NCBI GenBank assembly: GCA_030641715.1 | Contig: DAOWGX010000018.1 | Coordinates: 35,752-99,751 of the forward strand | From: Nanobdellota archaeon | GTDB taxonomy: Archaea; Nanobdellota; Nanobdellia; Pacearchaeales; GW2011-AR1 | Direction of reading: 5' to 3' | DNA length: 64,000 nucleotides | Shown here: one piece after another, positions 10,157 through 18,342 of the stretch | Position numbering within the stretch: the first letter of the stretch is position 1 | Layout of the letters: the number at the start of each line of letters is the position of its first letter | Program-made: the position numbers and the translations under genes | Notes under the pieces: generated by a model | Told to the model about the DNA's origin: nothing | The model's input: only the letters and a program-made list of their open reading frames with translations | The model's database searches: none

Positions 10157-12328
10157 CTATTGATTCTCTGCTAGACCTTTTCGATCCCTAATCTGCTTAA
10201 TAACCTTCGCCTGAAACTGATTAGGCAATCTCTTAAAAGTCTGACTAACCAACGACGAAACACCACGGCCTTCCGTCGCACTTCGTAAATCGTTAGTCCA
10301 TCCAATCATTTCCTGAACCGGAAGCTCGGCTCGAATTGTAGCTCCGGATTCATCCTGTCCGACATCAACTAAAGTTCCCCTTTTCGTCGAGACTAACGAA
10401 GTCACGGCAGCCATAAATTCTATAGGCACCTCAATCTGATGGACTTGAACAGGCTCGAAAATAGCCGGAGTTGCTTTCGCGAATGCTCCTTTAATTGCTT
10501 CTCGGACTGCAGGATAAACTTGTGCTGGTCCACGGTGAATCGCATCTTCATGCAATTTCATATCGACGACTGAAATCTTCATTTTGTGGCATGGTTCTCG
10601 AGCTAGAGGTCCAGCGTCGATAACTTGTTCGAAAGAATCTAAAAGTAGTTCGATAATCTCTCCGATTTGAACGATTCCTTTTGTTCTGTCTAAAAAGACA
10701 CAGCTTTTATACACATCCCTATACTGTTGAGCTTCATCTCGAGAGATTCCTAATCCAACTAGAGTTTCATCTAATGCTTTGTCTTTCTTTTTAATTCTCC
10801 CAGAAGGTAATTTTCCTTCAGCGATAGCTTCGACGATTGAATCTTCTAAAGGTTCAACGGTAATAAAAAAATCGTTGTGTTTGTTAGGGGAACGTCCAAT
10901 AGCAACATCACTTACTTTTACAACGGATTCTCTGAAGACAACAATCGGAGGTCCCATTTCAACCTCAAGACCTTTTTCTGTTTTAATTCTGTTTTCGATA
11001 ATTTCTAAATGCAACTCTCCCATTCCGGACATCAAAGACTCCCCAGTTTCTTCGTTAATTTCAATTCTTAAAGAGGGATCCTCTTTTCCAACCCGTCTTA
11101 AGACTTCGATCAGCTTCGGCAAATCTGCGGTTTTTTTTGCACTTATAGATTTTGTGACAACTGGTTCAAATAAGTGACTGATTGCTTCGAATGGTTCAAT
11201 AGGGTTCTTTGAAACGGTTTCACCGACGACGACATTTCTTAAGCCTACAATTCCAACGATATTTCCTGCAACGACTTCTTCAATTTGGAATCTTTGCGCA
11301 CCTTTGTAGATTGAAACTTGTTGAACCCGGACGGTTGTTCCGGCAATGTTCATGTATAACTCGTCTCCTTGCTTAATTGTTCCACTAAACAAACGACCAC
11401 AAGCGACTTCTCCTGCATGGGGATCAATAACAATTTTAATCGGGACAAATGCAACTTCACCGTCGATATTACATGCCATTAAATCTTTAGCAGCATCACT
11501 CTCCAAATCACCGTGCCAGATTTTAGGAATCCTATACTTCTGAGCTGTTACAGGGTCAGGATGATTGTTGATAACCATGTCTAAAACAACCTCATGGATA
11601 GGTGCTTTTTTTGCTAATTCTTTATAGGCATCACCACCAGCCTCGGAAGCATCAATAACTTCCTTAAAAGAAATATTCTTTTTCTTCATATAAGGAATGC
11701 TCAAAGCCCAATTATGAAAAGCCGAACCAAATGCAACAGAACCATCAGCGACGCTAACCTGCCATTTCTGCTTGTATTCTTCTTCAGCAATTTTAGCGAT
11801 TAACCCGTTGACATCGTTAATAATTTTAACAAATCTTTGTTGCATTTCTTCCGGCGTTAGCTTAACTTCTCTAATTAAACGGTCAACTTTATTAATAAAA
11901 AGAATCGGCTTAACTCTTTCTTTTAGTGCTTGTCGAAGAACGGTTTCAGTTTGGGGCATGATACCTTCGGAGGCACAGCATAAAACAATGGCGCCATCTA
12001 CAGCTCTCATGGCTCTTGTAACGTCGCCACCAAAATCAACATGTCCTGGTGTATCAATTAAATTGATTAAATAATCCTTACCCTCGACATTATGAATCAT
12101 AGACACCGACGCTGAATCAATTGTAATACCTCTTTCTGTTTCGTCTTCGTGAAAATCTAAAGTCCTTGCCTTCCCTGCCAAAGCCTGACTCATCATCCCC
12201 GCACCTGCTAGGAGATTATCGGAGAAGGTTGTTTTTCCGTGATCGATGTGCGCCGCGATTGCAATGTTACGAATCTGTTTAGGATTTTTTTGCAATTCTT
12301 TAATCTGTGTTGTTATATCTGCTGCCAT
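10157..12328 (-). CDS. fusA: translation elongation factor EF-2
   Basis: AHIDHGKTT, DTPGHVDF, NKVDR; five-domain EF-2 including the region carrying the diphthamide histidine. Confidence 0.97.
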   Translation of the reverse strand: MAADITTQIKELQKNPKQIRNIAIAAHIDHGKTTFSDNLLAGAGMMSQALAGKARTLDFHEDETERGITIDSASVSMIHNVEGKDYLINLIDTPGHVDFGGDVTRAMRAVDGAIVLCCASEGIMPQTETVLRQALKERVKPILFINKVDRLIREVKLTPEEMQQRFVKIINDVNGLIAKIAEEEYKQKWQVSVADGSVAFGSAFHNWALSIPYMKKKNISFKEVIDASEAGGDAYKELAKKAPIHEVVLDMVINNHPDPVTAQKYRIPKIWHGDLESDAAKDLMACNIDGEVAFVPIKIVIDPHAGEVACGRLFSGTIKQGDELYMNIAGTTVRVQQVSIYKGAQRFQIEEVVAGNIVGIVGLRNVVVGETVSKNPIEPFEAISHLFEPVVTKSISAKKTADLPKLIEVLRRVGKEDPSLRIEINEETGESLMSGMGELHLEIIENRIKTEKGLEVEMGPPIVVFRESVVKVSDVAIGRSPNKHNDFFITVEPLEDSIVEAIAEGKLPSGRIKKKDKALDETLVGLGISRDEAQQYRDVYKSCVFLDRTKGIVQIGEIIELLLDSFEQVIDAGPLAREPCHKMKISVVDMKLHEDAIHRGPAQVYPAVREAIKGAFAKATPAIFEPVQVHQIEVPIEFMAAVTSLVSTKRGTLVDVGQDESGATIRAELPVQEMIGWTNDLRSATEGRGVSSLVSQTFKRLPNQFQAKVIKQIRDRKGLAENQ

Positions 12329-12432
12329 ATATTACAGGTTGAAATTTGGTTTATAAAAGTTTGCATATCTGAAGATAAATTTCTCGACGCTGTTACTAAT
12401 CTATTTTGATTTCTACCAGATAGTGTCTCGGC

Positions 12433-12864
12433 TTATTTTTCAGCATCGTTCTTTTTAGAAACAGCATAATCTTCTAAAATCTTTTCTTTTACGCTTTCTA
12501 ACTCCCCCTTACCAAGATAACATGCCCCAATTATAAAAGAACACATAACACCAACCAGGCCTAAACCAAACCCAAGACGAGAGTGATAATTCCTTTTTTC
12601 ATAATCATGTATCTCAGTCCTAGATTTTTCATCAGAGACAATAGTATTATATTCCGTAGCCATTTCCAAGTCAATTGGATTATATTCTCCTCTCCCCATC
12701 TTGTTATAATCTGGAAATGCACGATGAATTTCTCCACTCAACTCGTGTACTTTTCGGACCAAGGGGGAAGGATTCGGAATCGAAGAAGAACTATATGCTC
12801 CATAACCAAAACTTAAAGTACCTACCAGCATCAACGATGCCCCCAAGTGTTTAAATTTCCCCAT
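12433..12864 (-). CDS. inserted two-TM membrane protein whose C-terminus derives from the S7 3' end
   Basis: 143-aa ORF between S7 and EF-2; ends ..DYAVSKKNDAEK, compared with the S7 end ..SYAVSKRNDAEKQADAAR. Confidence 0.6.
   Translation of the reverse strand: MGKFKHLGASLMLVGTLSFGYGAYSSSSIPNPSPLVRKVHELSGEIHRAFPDYNKMGRGEYNPIDLEMATEYNTIVSDEKSRTEIHDYEKRNYHSRLGFGLGLVGVMCSFIIGACYLGKGELESVKEKILEDYAVSKKNDAEK
12436..12469 (-). repeat. copy of rps7 3' end (29/34 nt identical to 12962-12995)
   Basis: hand alignment: tttttcagcatcgttctttttagaaacagcataa vs tttttcggcatcattcctttttgaaacagcgtaa. Confidence 0.75.
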
Positions 12865-12940
12865 AGTAAATTAAAATAATTTAACCTTATAAGAATAATT
12901 ATACTGGGGTGTATATTAAAATCTTCGACAAGAATTAAAA

Positions 12941-13534
12941 TTACCGAGCCGCGTCAGCCTGTTTTTCGGCATCATTCCTTTTTGAAACAGCGTAACTCTC
13001 TGAACTCCCTTCCGCTGCAGACATCAACTCTTTAGATAATGCTTCGACGATTGTCGCTTTTTTGTTGAATGCTTTATCGTAAGATCCATTAATTATATAC
13101 CGAAGAACTAAATTCAATCTTCTCCTTGGAGAGACATCAACAGTCTGAGGATATCTCGCACCACCATATTCAATCGTGGTCACGGTATCTCTTGGAGCTC
13201 CATTCTCAATGGCTTTGACCAAAATTTTCAAAGGATTCTCCCCTGTTTTCTTTTCGATTATTTTAAGTGCATCAATTACAATTTTAGTGCATTGTGCCTG
13301 CTTCCCTGTAATTCGTCCGGTAATGATTTTATGCTTCTTCCCTCGCGAACCAGGGACTTGTAGTAGATTTATCAGTCTCTCGATGACATTAACTTTTTCT
13401 CTCGCCGGGTCCCATTTAATTCTTCCGTGTGATTTCAACATTAACTTGGGATTTAGATTGATAACTTTTTTTAAACCGGGGTCTTCTACTCGAACTTCGG
13501 AGATGTCGAACAGACCGAAAACTTTCATTTCCAT
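12941..13534 (-). CDS. rps7: 30S ribosomal protein S7 (uS7)
   Basis: archaeal S7 sequence and operon position. Confidence 0.95.
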   Translation of the reverse strand: MEMKVFGLFDISEVRVEDPGLKKVINLNPKLMLKSHGRIKWDPAREKVNVIERLINLLQVPGSRGKKHKIITGRITGKQAQCTKIVIDALKIIEKKTGENPLKILVKAIENGAPRDTVTTIEYGGARYPQTVDVSPRRRLNLVLRYIINGSYDKAFNKKATIVEALSKELMSAAEGSSESYAVSKRNDAEKQADAAR

Positions 13535-13537
13535 TTT

Positions 13538-13744
13538 TTAAGATGAACCCTCCTTGTCTGATTCCATTTTAATTTTCTTTATCGCCTCGAAAATATCTCC
13601 CCCACCATAATCCTGGATTAACTGAGCATTTCTAGCTTTCACAACTGGATCATGAGGATTTACAGACTCATAATTAAATTCGTCATTATCATCACTTCCA
13701 ACATTATTCCTTCTATAACTCTCACGAATAGATCTCTCCATCAT
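13538..13744 (-). CDS. acidic 68-aa ORF wedged between S12 and S7
   Basis: ATGA overlap with the S12 stop; ends 3 nt before the S7 ATG; no recognisable family. Confidence 0.45.
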   Translation of the reverse strand: MMERSIRESYRRNNVGSDDNDEFNYESVNPHDPVVKARNAQLIQDYGGGDIFEAIKKIKMESDKEGSS

Positions 13745-14163
13745 CTCCGCCCCTTCTCAATCTTTCCAGACCAAAGTCTAGCCAAAGGCTGATCATTTAC
13801 TTTAATAACCTGAAACCTCACACCTGACAAATCTCCCTTCGTCCGTCCTTGCTTTCCGCCGATTCTTTCAATTACAACTTCATCATGCTCGTCGACAAAT
13901 TTCTGCGCTAAGTTTCCGGGAATAAAGGCTGTAACTTCTTTGCCGTTTTTTATTAATTGAACTCTGCAGCATTTCCTCATGGCTGAGTTAGGTTGCTTAG
14001 CTTCTTTCTGGATTTTTTTTATAACAATACCCTTAGCTTGTGCTGCCCGTCCAATCGGATCGAACTTCAAACTAATTCCAAGCCGCTTTTTTTTAGCAGG
14101 CAGTTTATTATCTCTAAACTTCTTTCTCGCGTTCTTTAATTTTAATGCATTCATTAATCCCAT
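13741..14163 (-). CDS. rps12: 30S ribosomal protein S12 (uS12)
   Basis: KQPNSAMRKCCRVQLIKNGKEVTAFIPG signature. Confidence 0.95.
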   Translation of the reverse strand: MGLMNALKLKNARKKFRDNKLPAKKKRLGISLKFDPIGRAAQAKGIVIKKIQKEAKQPNSAMRKCCRVQLIKNGKEVTAFIPGNLAQKFVDEHDEVVIERIGGKQGRTKGDLSGVRFQVIKVNDQPLARLWSGKIEKGRR

Positions 14164-14200
14164 TGTATAAATTAAGTGAAAGTTCCTTTTATAAATTTAC

Positions 14201-14653
14201 CTACACAATTCGTAGTTTGGTAATTTTAAAAAAATTTTTTAAAACTTCAGACAGTTCTTTTTCTCTTTGACGACCTCTTCCAATCAAAGCCGCTTTGTTT
14301 TGACGACCTGCGTTGATTACTGCAGAATTCTCTTTTATTTCAATTTTATTAAATTCAACAGGGCTGATAACCGCTTCAACAAATTTTCCAATTTCTTCAT
14401 TAAGGTTTTTGTCGTCGTGTTCCGAGGGAGTATTCGTTGGTGGCATTGCCACAACTCTGATTTTCTTGCCCAAAATATTATTGATTTTCTTGACATTTAC
14501 AGCGCCTCTTCCGATTGCCATCGAAACTTGTTGTTTAGGTACTGCAAAAACTATCTGATTATTATAAACAAAGCATTTTGTCGTCGGAATTCTAGTCACT
14601 TTTGCAAATAGATTAATGTATCTCATTAATTGCATATCAATAGTTCCGGCCAT
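14201..14653 (-). CDS. nusA: archaeal NusA-like (two KH domains) transcription termination/antitermination factor
   Basis: size, KH GxxG motifs (GRGAVN, GRGRQ) and conserved operon position. Confidence 0.85.
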   Translation of the reverse strand: MAGTIDMQLMRYINLFAKVTRIPTTKCFVYNNQIVFAVPKQQVSMAIGRGAVNVKKINNILGKKIRVVAMPPTNTPSEHDDKNLNEEIGKFVEAVISPVEFNKIEIKENSAVINAGRQNKAALIGRGRQREKELSEVLKNFFKITKLRIV

Positions 14654-14654
14654 C

Positions 14655-14924
14655 TTATTTTTTTATATTTGCGGGAGGTTCATTTTTGGACGCAATAGAG
14701 AAAACTTCGCATTCGAAATCGAGATTTAGTTCTTTCGCTAAATTCTCTTTAGACTTCAAAACCATAAATTCAATTCCTGCGTTATCAAGAGTTTCTACAG
14801 TTTCGTCTCTAACATCTTTAGCAATAAAAACATTGGATAATTTCTTTGAATGTTTTAAAGCTTGCCGAATTCCAAAATAAATCTTTCTTTGTTCTATTGC
14901 TTCTCTAAGTTCTTTTACTGACAT
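14655..14924 (-). CDS. rpl30e: 50S ribosomal protein L30e
   Basis: 89 aa, L7Ae/L30e-fold sequence, conserved position after rpoA. Confidence 0.85.
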   Translation of the reverse strand: MSVKELREAIEQRKIYFGIRQALKHSKKLSNVFIAKDVRDETVETLDNAGIEFMVLKSKENLAKELNLDFECEVFSIASKNEPPANIKK

Positions 14925-17900
14925 TGTTTAGCTCCCTTTGATTTTTCTCTTTCCGCTAAAGAACCCGTGATTTTTACTAACAATCCTGGGAGACCAGTTC
15001 CAACAGGGACAGGTTGATTCAAAATAATGTTTTCAATTACCGATGCTAGTTTGTCCCGCTTACCTGTTTTTGTTGCCTGAACAAACTGGGGGACTGGAGT
15101 CTCAAAAGAAGCTCTTGCTAAAATAGAATTCTTATCCGAGATGATGCCCATTCGAGTAATGCCTTTAACCGCACCTGAAGCTGTCATCGTATCTGCAACG
15201 AGCATTGCATGTTTTCCATCGATTGCAAGACCCTGAGAAGTAACAACTTTTTTAATTTCGTTAATTATTGCCTGTCGTGCAGCTTCGACACCGAGAATAT
15301 TCGAAATTTCGTGGATATCGTTTGTAATAATTTTATCTTTATTAATACCTTTGAATTTCAAGATTTCCTTTAGGTTTGAACCGGCAGTTAGAACAACATA
15401 ATCCTTCTCTCGTTTAACAACTAAAACTTGCGAAATATTTTTAACACCTGTCAAAATAACTTCCTTAATCTTTTCTTTAGTTTTGTAAATTGTTTTAAAA
15501 TCCTCTTTTGTCATATCAAGTATAAATCCGTCCGAGGATTTTTTGGTACTAAAACCTTTTTCATCCAGGACTTTAATAGCATTGTCAAGACTAATATGTG
15601 CTGCTTTCAATCCTTTAGCGTCAATACCAACCTTAATTTTCTTCGAACCAAAATCAATCGTGATATTTGAAATAATTTCTTTCAATTTGACTTCCTTAAT
15701 CTTTTCAGCGATAACTTTCGCGTCTTTTTCATTGTTATGTTCTTTATCTAAATAAACTTCCATCGAAGGAGTTTTGGGTAATTTTCTTGCATCTAAAATT
15801 TCAACAAGTCTTGGGAGACTCTGAGTAACCTGCATTTCAGCTACACCCGCCGCATGGAATACGTTAAGGACCATCTGCGTCGAGGCTTCACCGAAGGACT
15901 GTGCGGTTACAACGCCAATAGCTTCACCGGATGCGATTTTTCCATTTTTATGCTTAGCCGAAATATCAATGCCATCAAGACCGTAGACATATTGGACAAT
16001 ATTATTCGAAGCATCTCTTACAGTTCCGTCGTAAGCTATAACTAAATCCTGTAATGCGTTTGCTAATCTTCTGAACAGGTAACCAGACTTAGGTGTTCTA
16101 AGTGCAACGTCCATTAGACCGTCTCGTCCAGTCATCGCACCGAAGAACAATTCGTCAGGTTCGAAACCTTTCATTAGAGAATTATAAATAAAACCATGCG
16201 ATCGAGGAGATAGGTCGCCTCTTTTGAAAAATGGCAAGGTTCTTTCAGTGTAACCGAAATCAATTCTACGTCCGTGAAGAACTTGTTGTCCAACTGAGCA
16301 GGCAATTTGGGTGATATTTAGCAAACTTCCTCCGGCTCCTGAGCTAATCATTTTGTTTGCTAAATTGGACTTAGGAAACCCTTCCTTGACTGCATCGCCA
16401 ATCTCAGTTCTCGTTTCATTCAAGGCATGCAAAATTTTAGTCTCTCTAGTTTCTTCAGCAGTTTTCCCTGGCAAACACTCGAGACTCTTATCATAATAAC
16501 TCTCGATAATCTTCTGAGTCTTAATCTCCGCAGCTTCGATAATCTTCTGAGTCTTCTTCTTCACATCTTCAGAAACATTGAGATCATCTGCAGAAAGAGT
16601 GAATCCTGTTCGTGATAAAAAATTTGCACCTAACGAAAAAACTCTCTTCAAAAGTTTGATCGTTTCAGTTCGTCCAAATTTTTTATCAGTAATTCTTAAG
16701 ACGTCTCCGCCGCCACTTTTAAATTCTCGAGGATCAATATTTTTATTTGCGATTTCTTTGGAAATAAGTTTCATAAAGATGTCTTTTCCAGAATTATTTT
16801 TATTAAGATTTCCTATTTCAATATCGTTTTCATATAATAACTGAACAGCATCTTCTTTGCTTAGTTCAGATTCACCGAGGATAAAATTACCGCTGACAGC
16901 ATCTTTGACACAACCAATAAAATTCATGTTGTTTTTTGGCGAGAATAAATTGGCGTTGACATTTAACAAAATCTTTGCTTCAGCTCGTGCTTCTTCAGTT
17001 TGAGGGGCGTGGATATTCATTTCGTCACCATCGAAGTCCGCGCCATAGGGTGCACAAACTGCTGGATGAATTCTGAACGTTTTTCCTGGGAGAACTTTTA
17101 CGAAATGAGCCATAAGTGAAGCTCGATGTAGGGATGGATGTCGGTTAAATAAGACCACGTCTCCGTCGACAAGATGTCTTTCGACAGTATAACCCGGCTC
17201 AATTTCGTTTTGTAAATCTTCTCTTAATTCCTCGGTAATTCGTTTTCTTTTCTCGTCTGGTCGAATAATATAATTAGCTCCTGGATAGTTTTTGGCTGCA
17301 ACTAATTTTTTCATACGATTAATATTTATAGAAGTTACTTTTTCAGCGACGGTTAAAACGTTAGCAACAGCTAATGGAATACCTACTTCATTTAATTTTA
17401 AATTAGGATCTGGAGAAATTACCGTTCTTGCGGAATAATTAACTCTCTTTCCTGCTAGGTTTTTTCTAATTCTTCCTTCCTTCCCTTTAATTCTTTCTGT
17501 AATTGTCTTCAATGGCTGACCGCTTCGGTGTCTTGCTGGGGGAATCTTTGCAATGGAGTTATCAAAAAATGTAGTAATGTGATACTGTAGTAAATCCCAA
17601 AGGTCTTCAATAATAACTTCTGGAGCTCCGGCGTTTAAATTTTCCCAAAGCCTTTGATTAGATCGAATGATATCTGATAATTTATGGGTCAGGTCGTCTT
17701 CAGATCTTTCGCCTGTTTGCAAGGTGATTGAAGGACGAACAGCAACGGAGGGGACAAGTAATAGTGTTAATATGGCCCATTCAGGTCTTAAGGTTGCAGC
17801 GTTAATCCCTAAAATTTTCAAATCCTCGTCGGGAACATTAACCAATCTCTCACGAATCTCTGAAGGAAATAATCTTCTTCGTCCACTTCTAAAGGTGCAG

Positions 17901-18340
17901 GGTTTCTCAAGTTTGACTTTTTCTTGAATGATTCCACAATGAGGACATTTTTTCCCGTCTTTTGCTTTTTTAATTCTATCAATTAATTCTTTGTTCAAAT
18001 CTTTCTCTTCTTTAATTAAAACTTTTCCACAAGCCTCACAAGTTGATCTCAAAACTAAATCAATGATGGGCAGATATTTAATATGGACAATTGGTCGAGC
18101 TAACTCAATTATTCCCGGATGACCTAAACATTCTTTTAATCGTCCACCACAAGTTCTACATCGAACTCCCGGATCGATAGCTCCAAGTCGCAAGTCCATC
18201 AATCCTCCGTCGACAGGATAACCATCTACATCATAAAGCTCTGGAGTTACAATTTTCGCAACAGATAATTTTTTTATTTCTTCAGGACTAAGCAGATGAA
18301 AATTCATTCCACTAACTTGTTTTTTTACTGGTCTAACCAT
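14915..18340 (-). CDS. rpoA: DNA-directed RNA polymerase subunit A, A' and A'' regions fused in one ORF
   Basis: One 1141-aa ORF holds the Zn-clamp (CRTCGG), YGADFDGDEMN active site, bridge helix (GRDGLMDVALRTPKSGYLFRRL), trigger loop (GEAIGVVTAQSFGEASTQMVLNVFHAAGV) and the A'' C-terminal block (SILARASFE..NQPVPVGTG). Confidence 0.9.
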   Translation of the reverse strand: MVRPVKKQVSGMNFHLLSPEEIKKLSVAKIVTPELYDVDGYPVDGGLMDLRLGAIDPGVRCRTCGGRLKECLGHPGIIELARPIVHIKYLPIIDLVLRSTCEACGKVLIKEEKDLNKELIDRIKKAKDGKKCPHCGIIQEKVKLEKPCTFRSGRRRLFPSEIRERLVNVPDEDLKILGINAATLRPEWAILTLLLVPSVAVRPSITLQTGERSEDDLTHKLSDIIRSNQRLWENLNAGAPEVIIEDLWDLLQYHITTFFDNSIAKIPPARHRSGQPLKTITERIKGKEGRIRKNLAGKRVNYSARTVISPDPNLKLNEVGIPLAVANVLTVAEKVTSININRMKKLVAAKNYPGANYIIRPDEKRKRITEELREDLQNEIEPGYTVERHLVDGDVVLFNRHPSLHRASLMAHFVKVLPGKTFRIHPAVCAPYGADFDGDEMNIHAPQTEEARAEAKILLNVNANLFSPKNNMNFIGCVKDAVSGNFILGESELSKEDAVQLLYENDIEIGNLNKNNSGKDIFMKLISKEIANKNIDPREFKSGGGDVLRITDKKFGRTETIKLLKRVFSLGANFLSRTGFTLSADDLNVSEDVKKKTQKIIEAAEIKTQKIIESYYDKSLECLPGKTAEETRETKILHALNETRTEIGDAVKEGFPKSNLANKMISSGAGGSLLNITQIACSVGQQVLHGRRIDFGYTERTLPFFKRGDLSPRSHGFIYNSLMKGFEPDELFFGAMTGRDGLMDVALRTPKSGYLFRRLANALQDLVIAYDGTVRDASNNIVQYVYGLDGIDISAKHKNGKIASGEAIGVVTAQSFGEASTQMVLNVFHAAGVAEMQVTQSLPRLVEILDARKLPKTPSMEVYLDKEHNNEKDAKVIAEKIKEVKLKEIISNITIDFGSKKIKVGIDAKGLKAAHISLDNAIKVLDEKGFSTKKSSDGFILDMTKEDFKTIYKTKEKIKEVILTGVKNISQVLVVKREKDYVVLTAGSNLKEILKFKGINKDKIITNDIHEISNILGVEAARQAIINEIKKVVTSQGLAIDGKHAMLVADTMTASGAVKGITRMGIISDKNSILARASFETPVPQFVQATKTGKRDKLASVIENIILNQPVPVGTGLPGLLVKITGSLAEREKSKGAKQCQ
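16503..16555 (-). repeat. in-frame 33-nt tandem duplication inside rpoA
   Basis: tcgataatcttctgagtctt at 16503-16522 and 16536-16555 (20/20); encodes KTQKIIEAAEI|KTQKIIESYYD. Confidence 0.85.
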
Positions 18341-18342
18341 AT

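Noticed and set aside
13538-13760. Similarity between the 3' ends of S12 (gagaaggggcggaga) and the 68-aa ORF (gacaaggagggttca), read as another T duplication
   Set aside because: The shared part is essentially a Shine-Dalgarno-like AAGG(A)GG ahead of the next start codon. It is too short and too functionally constrained to call a duplication.
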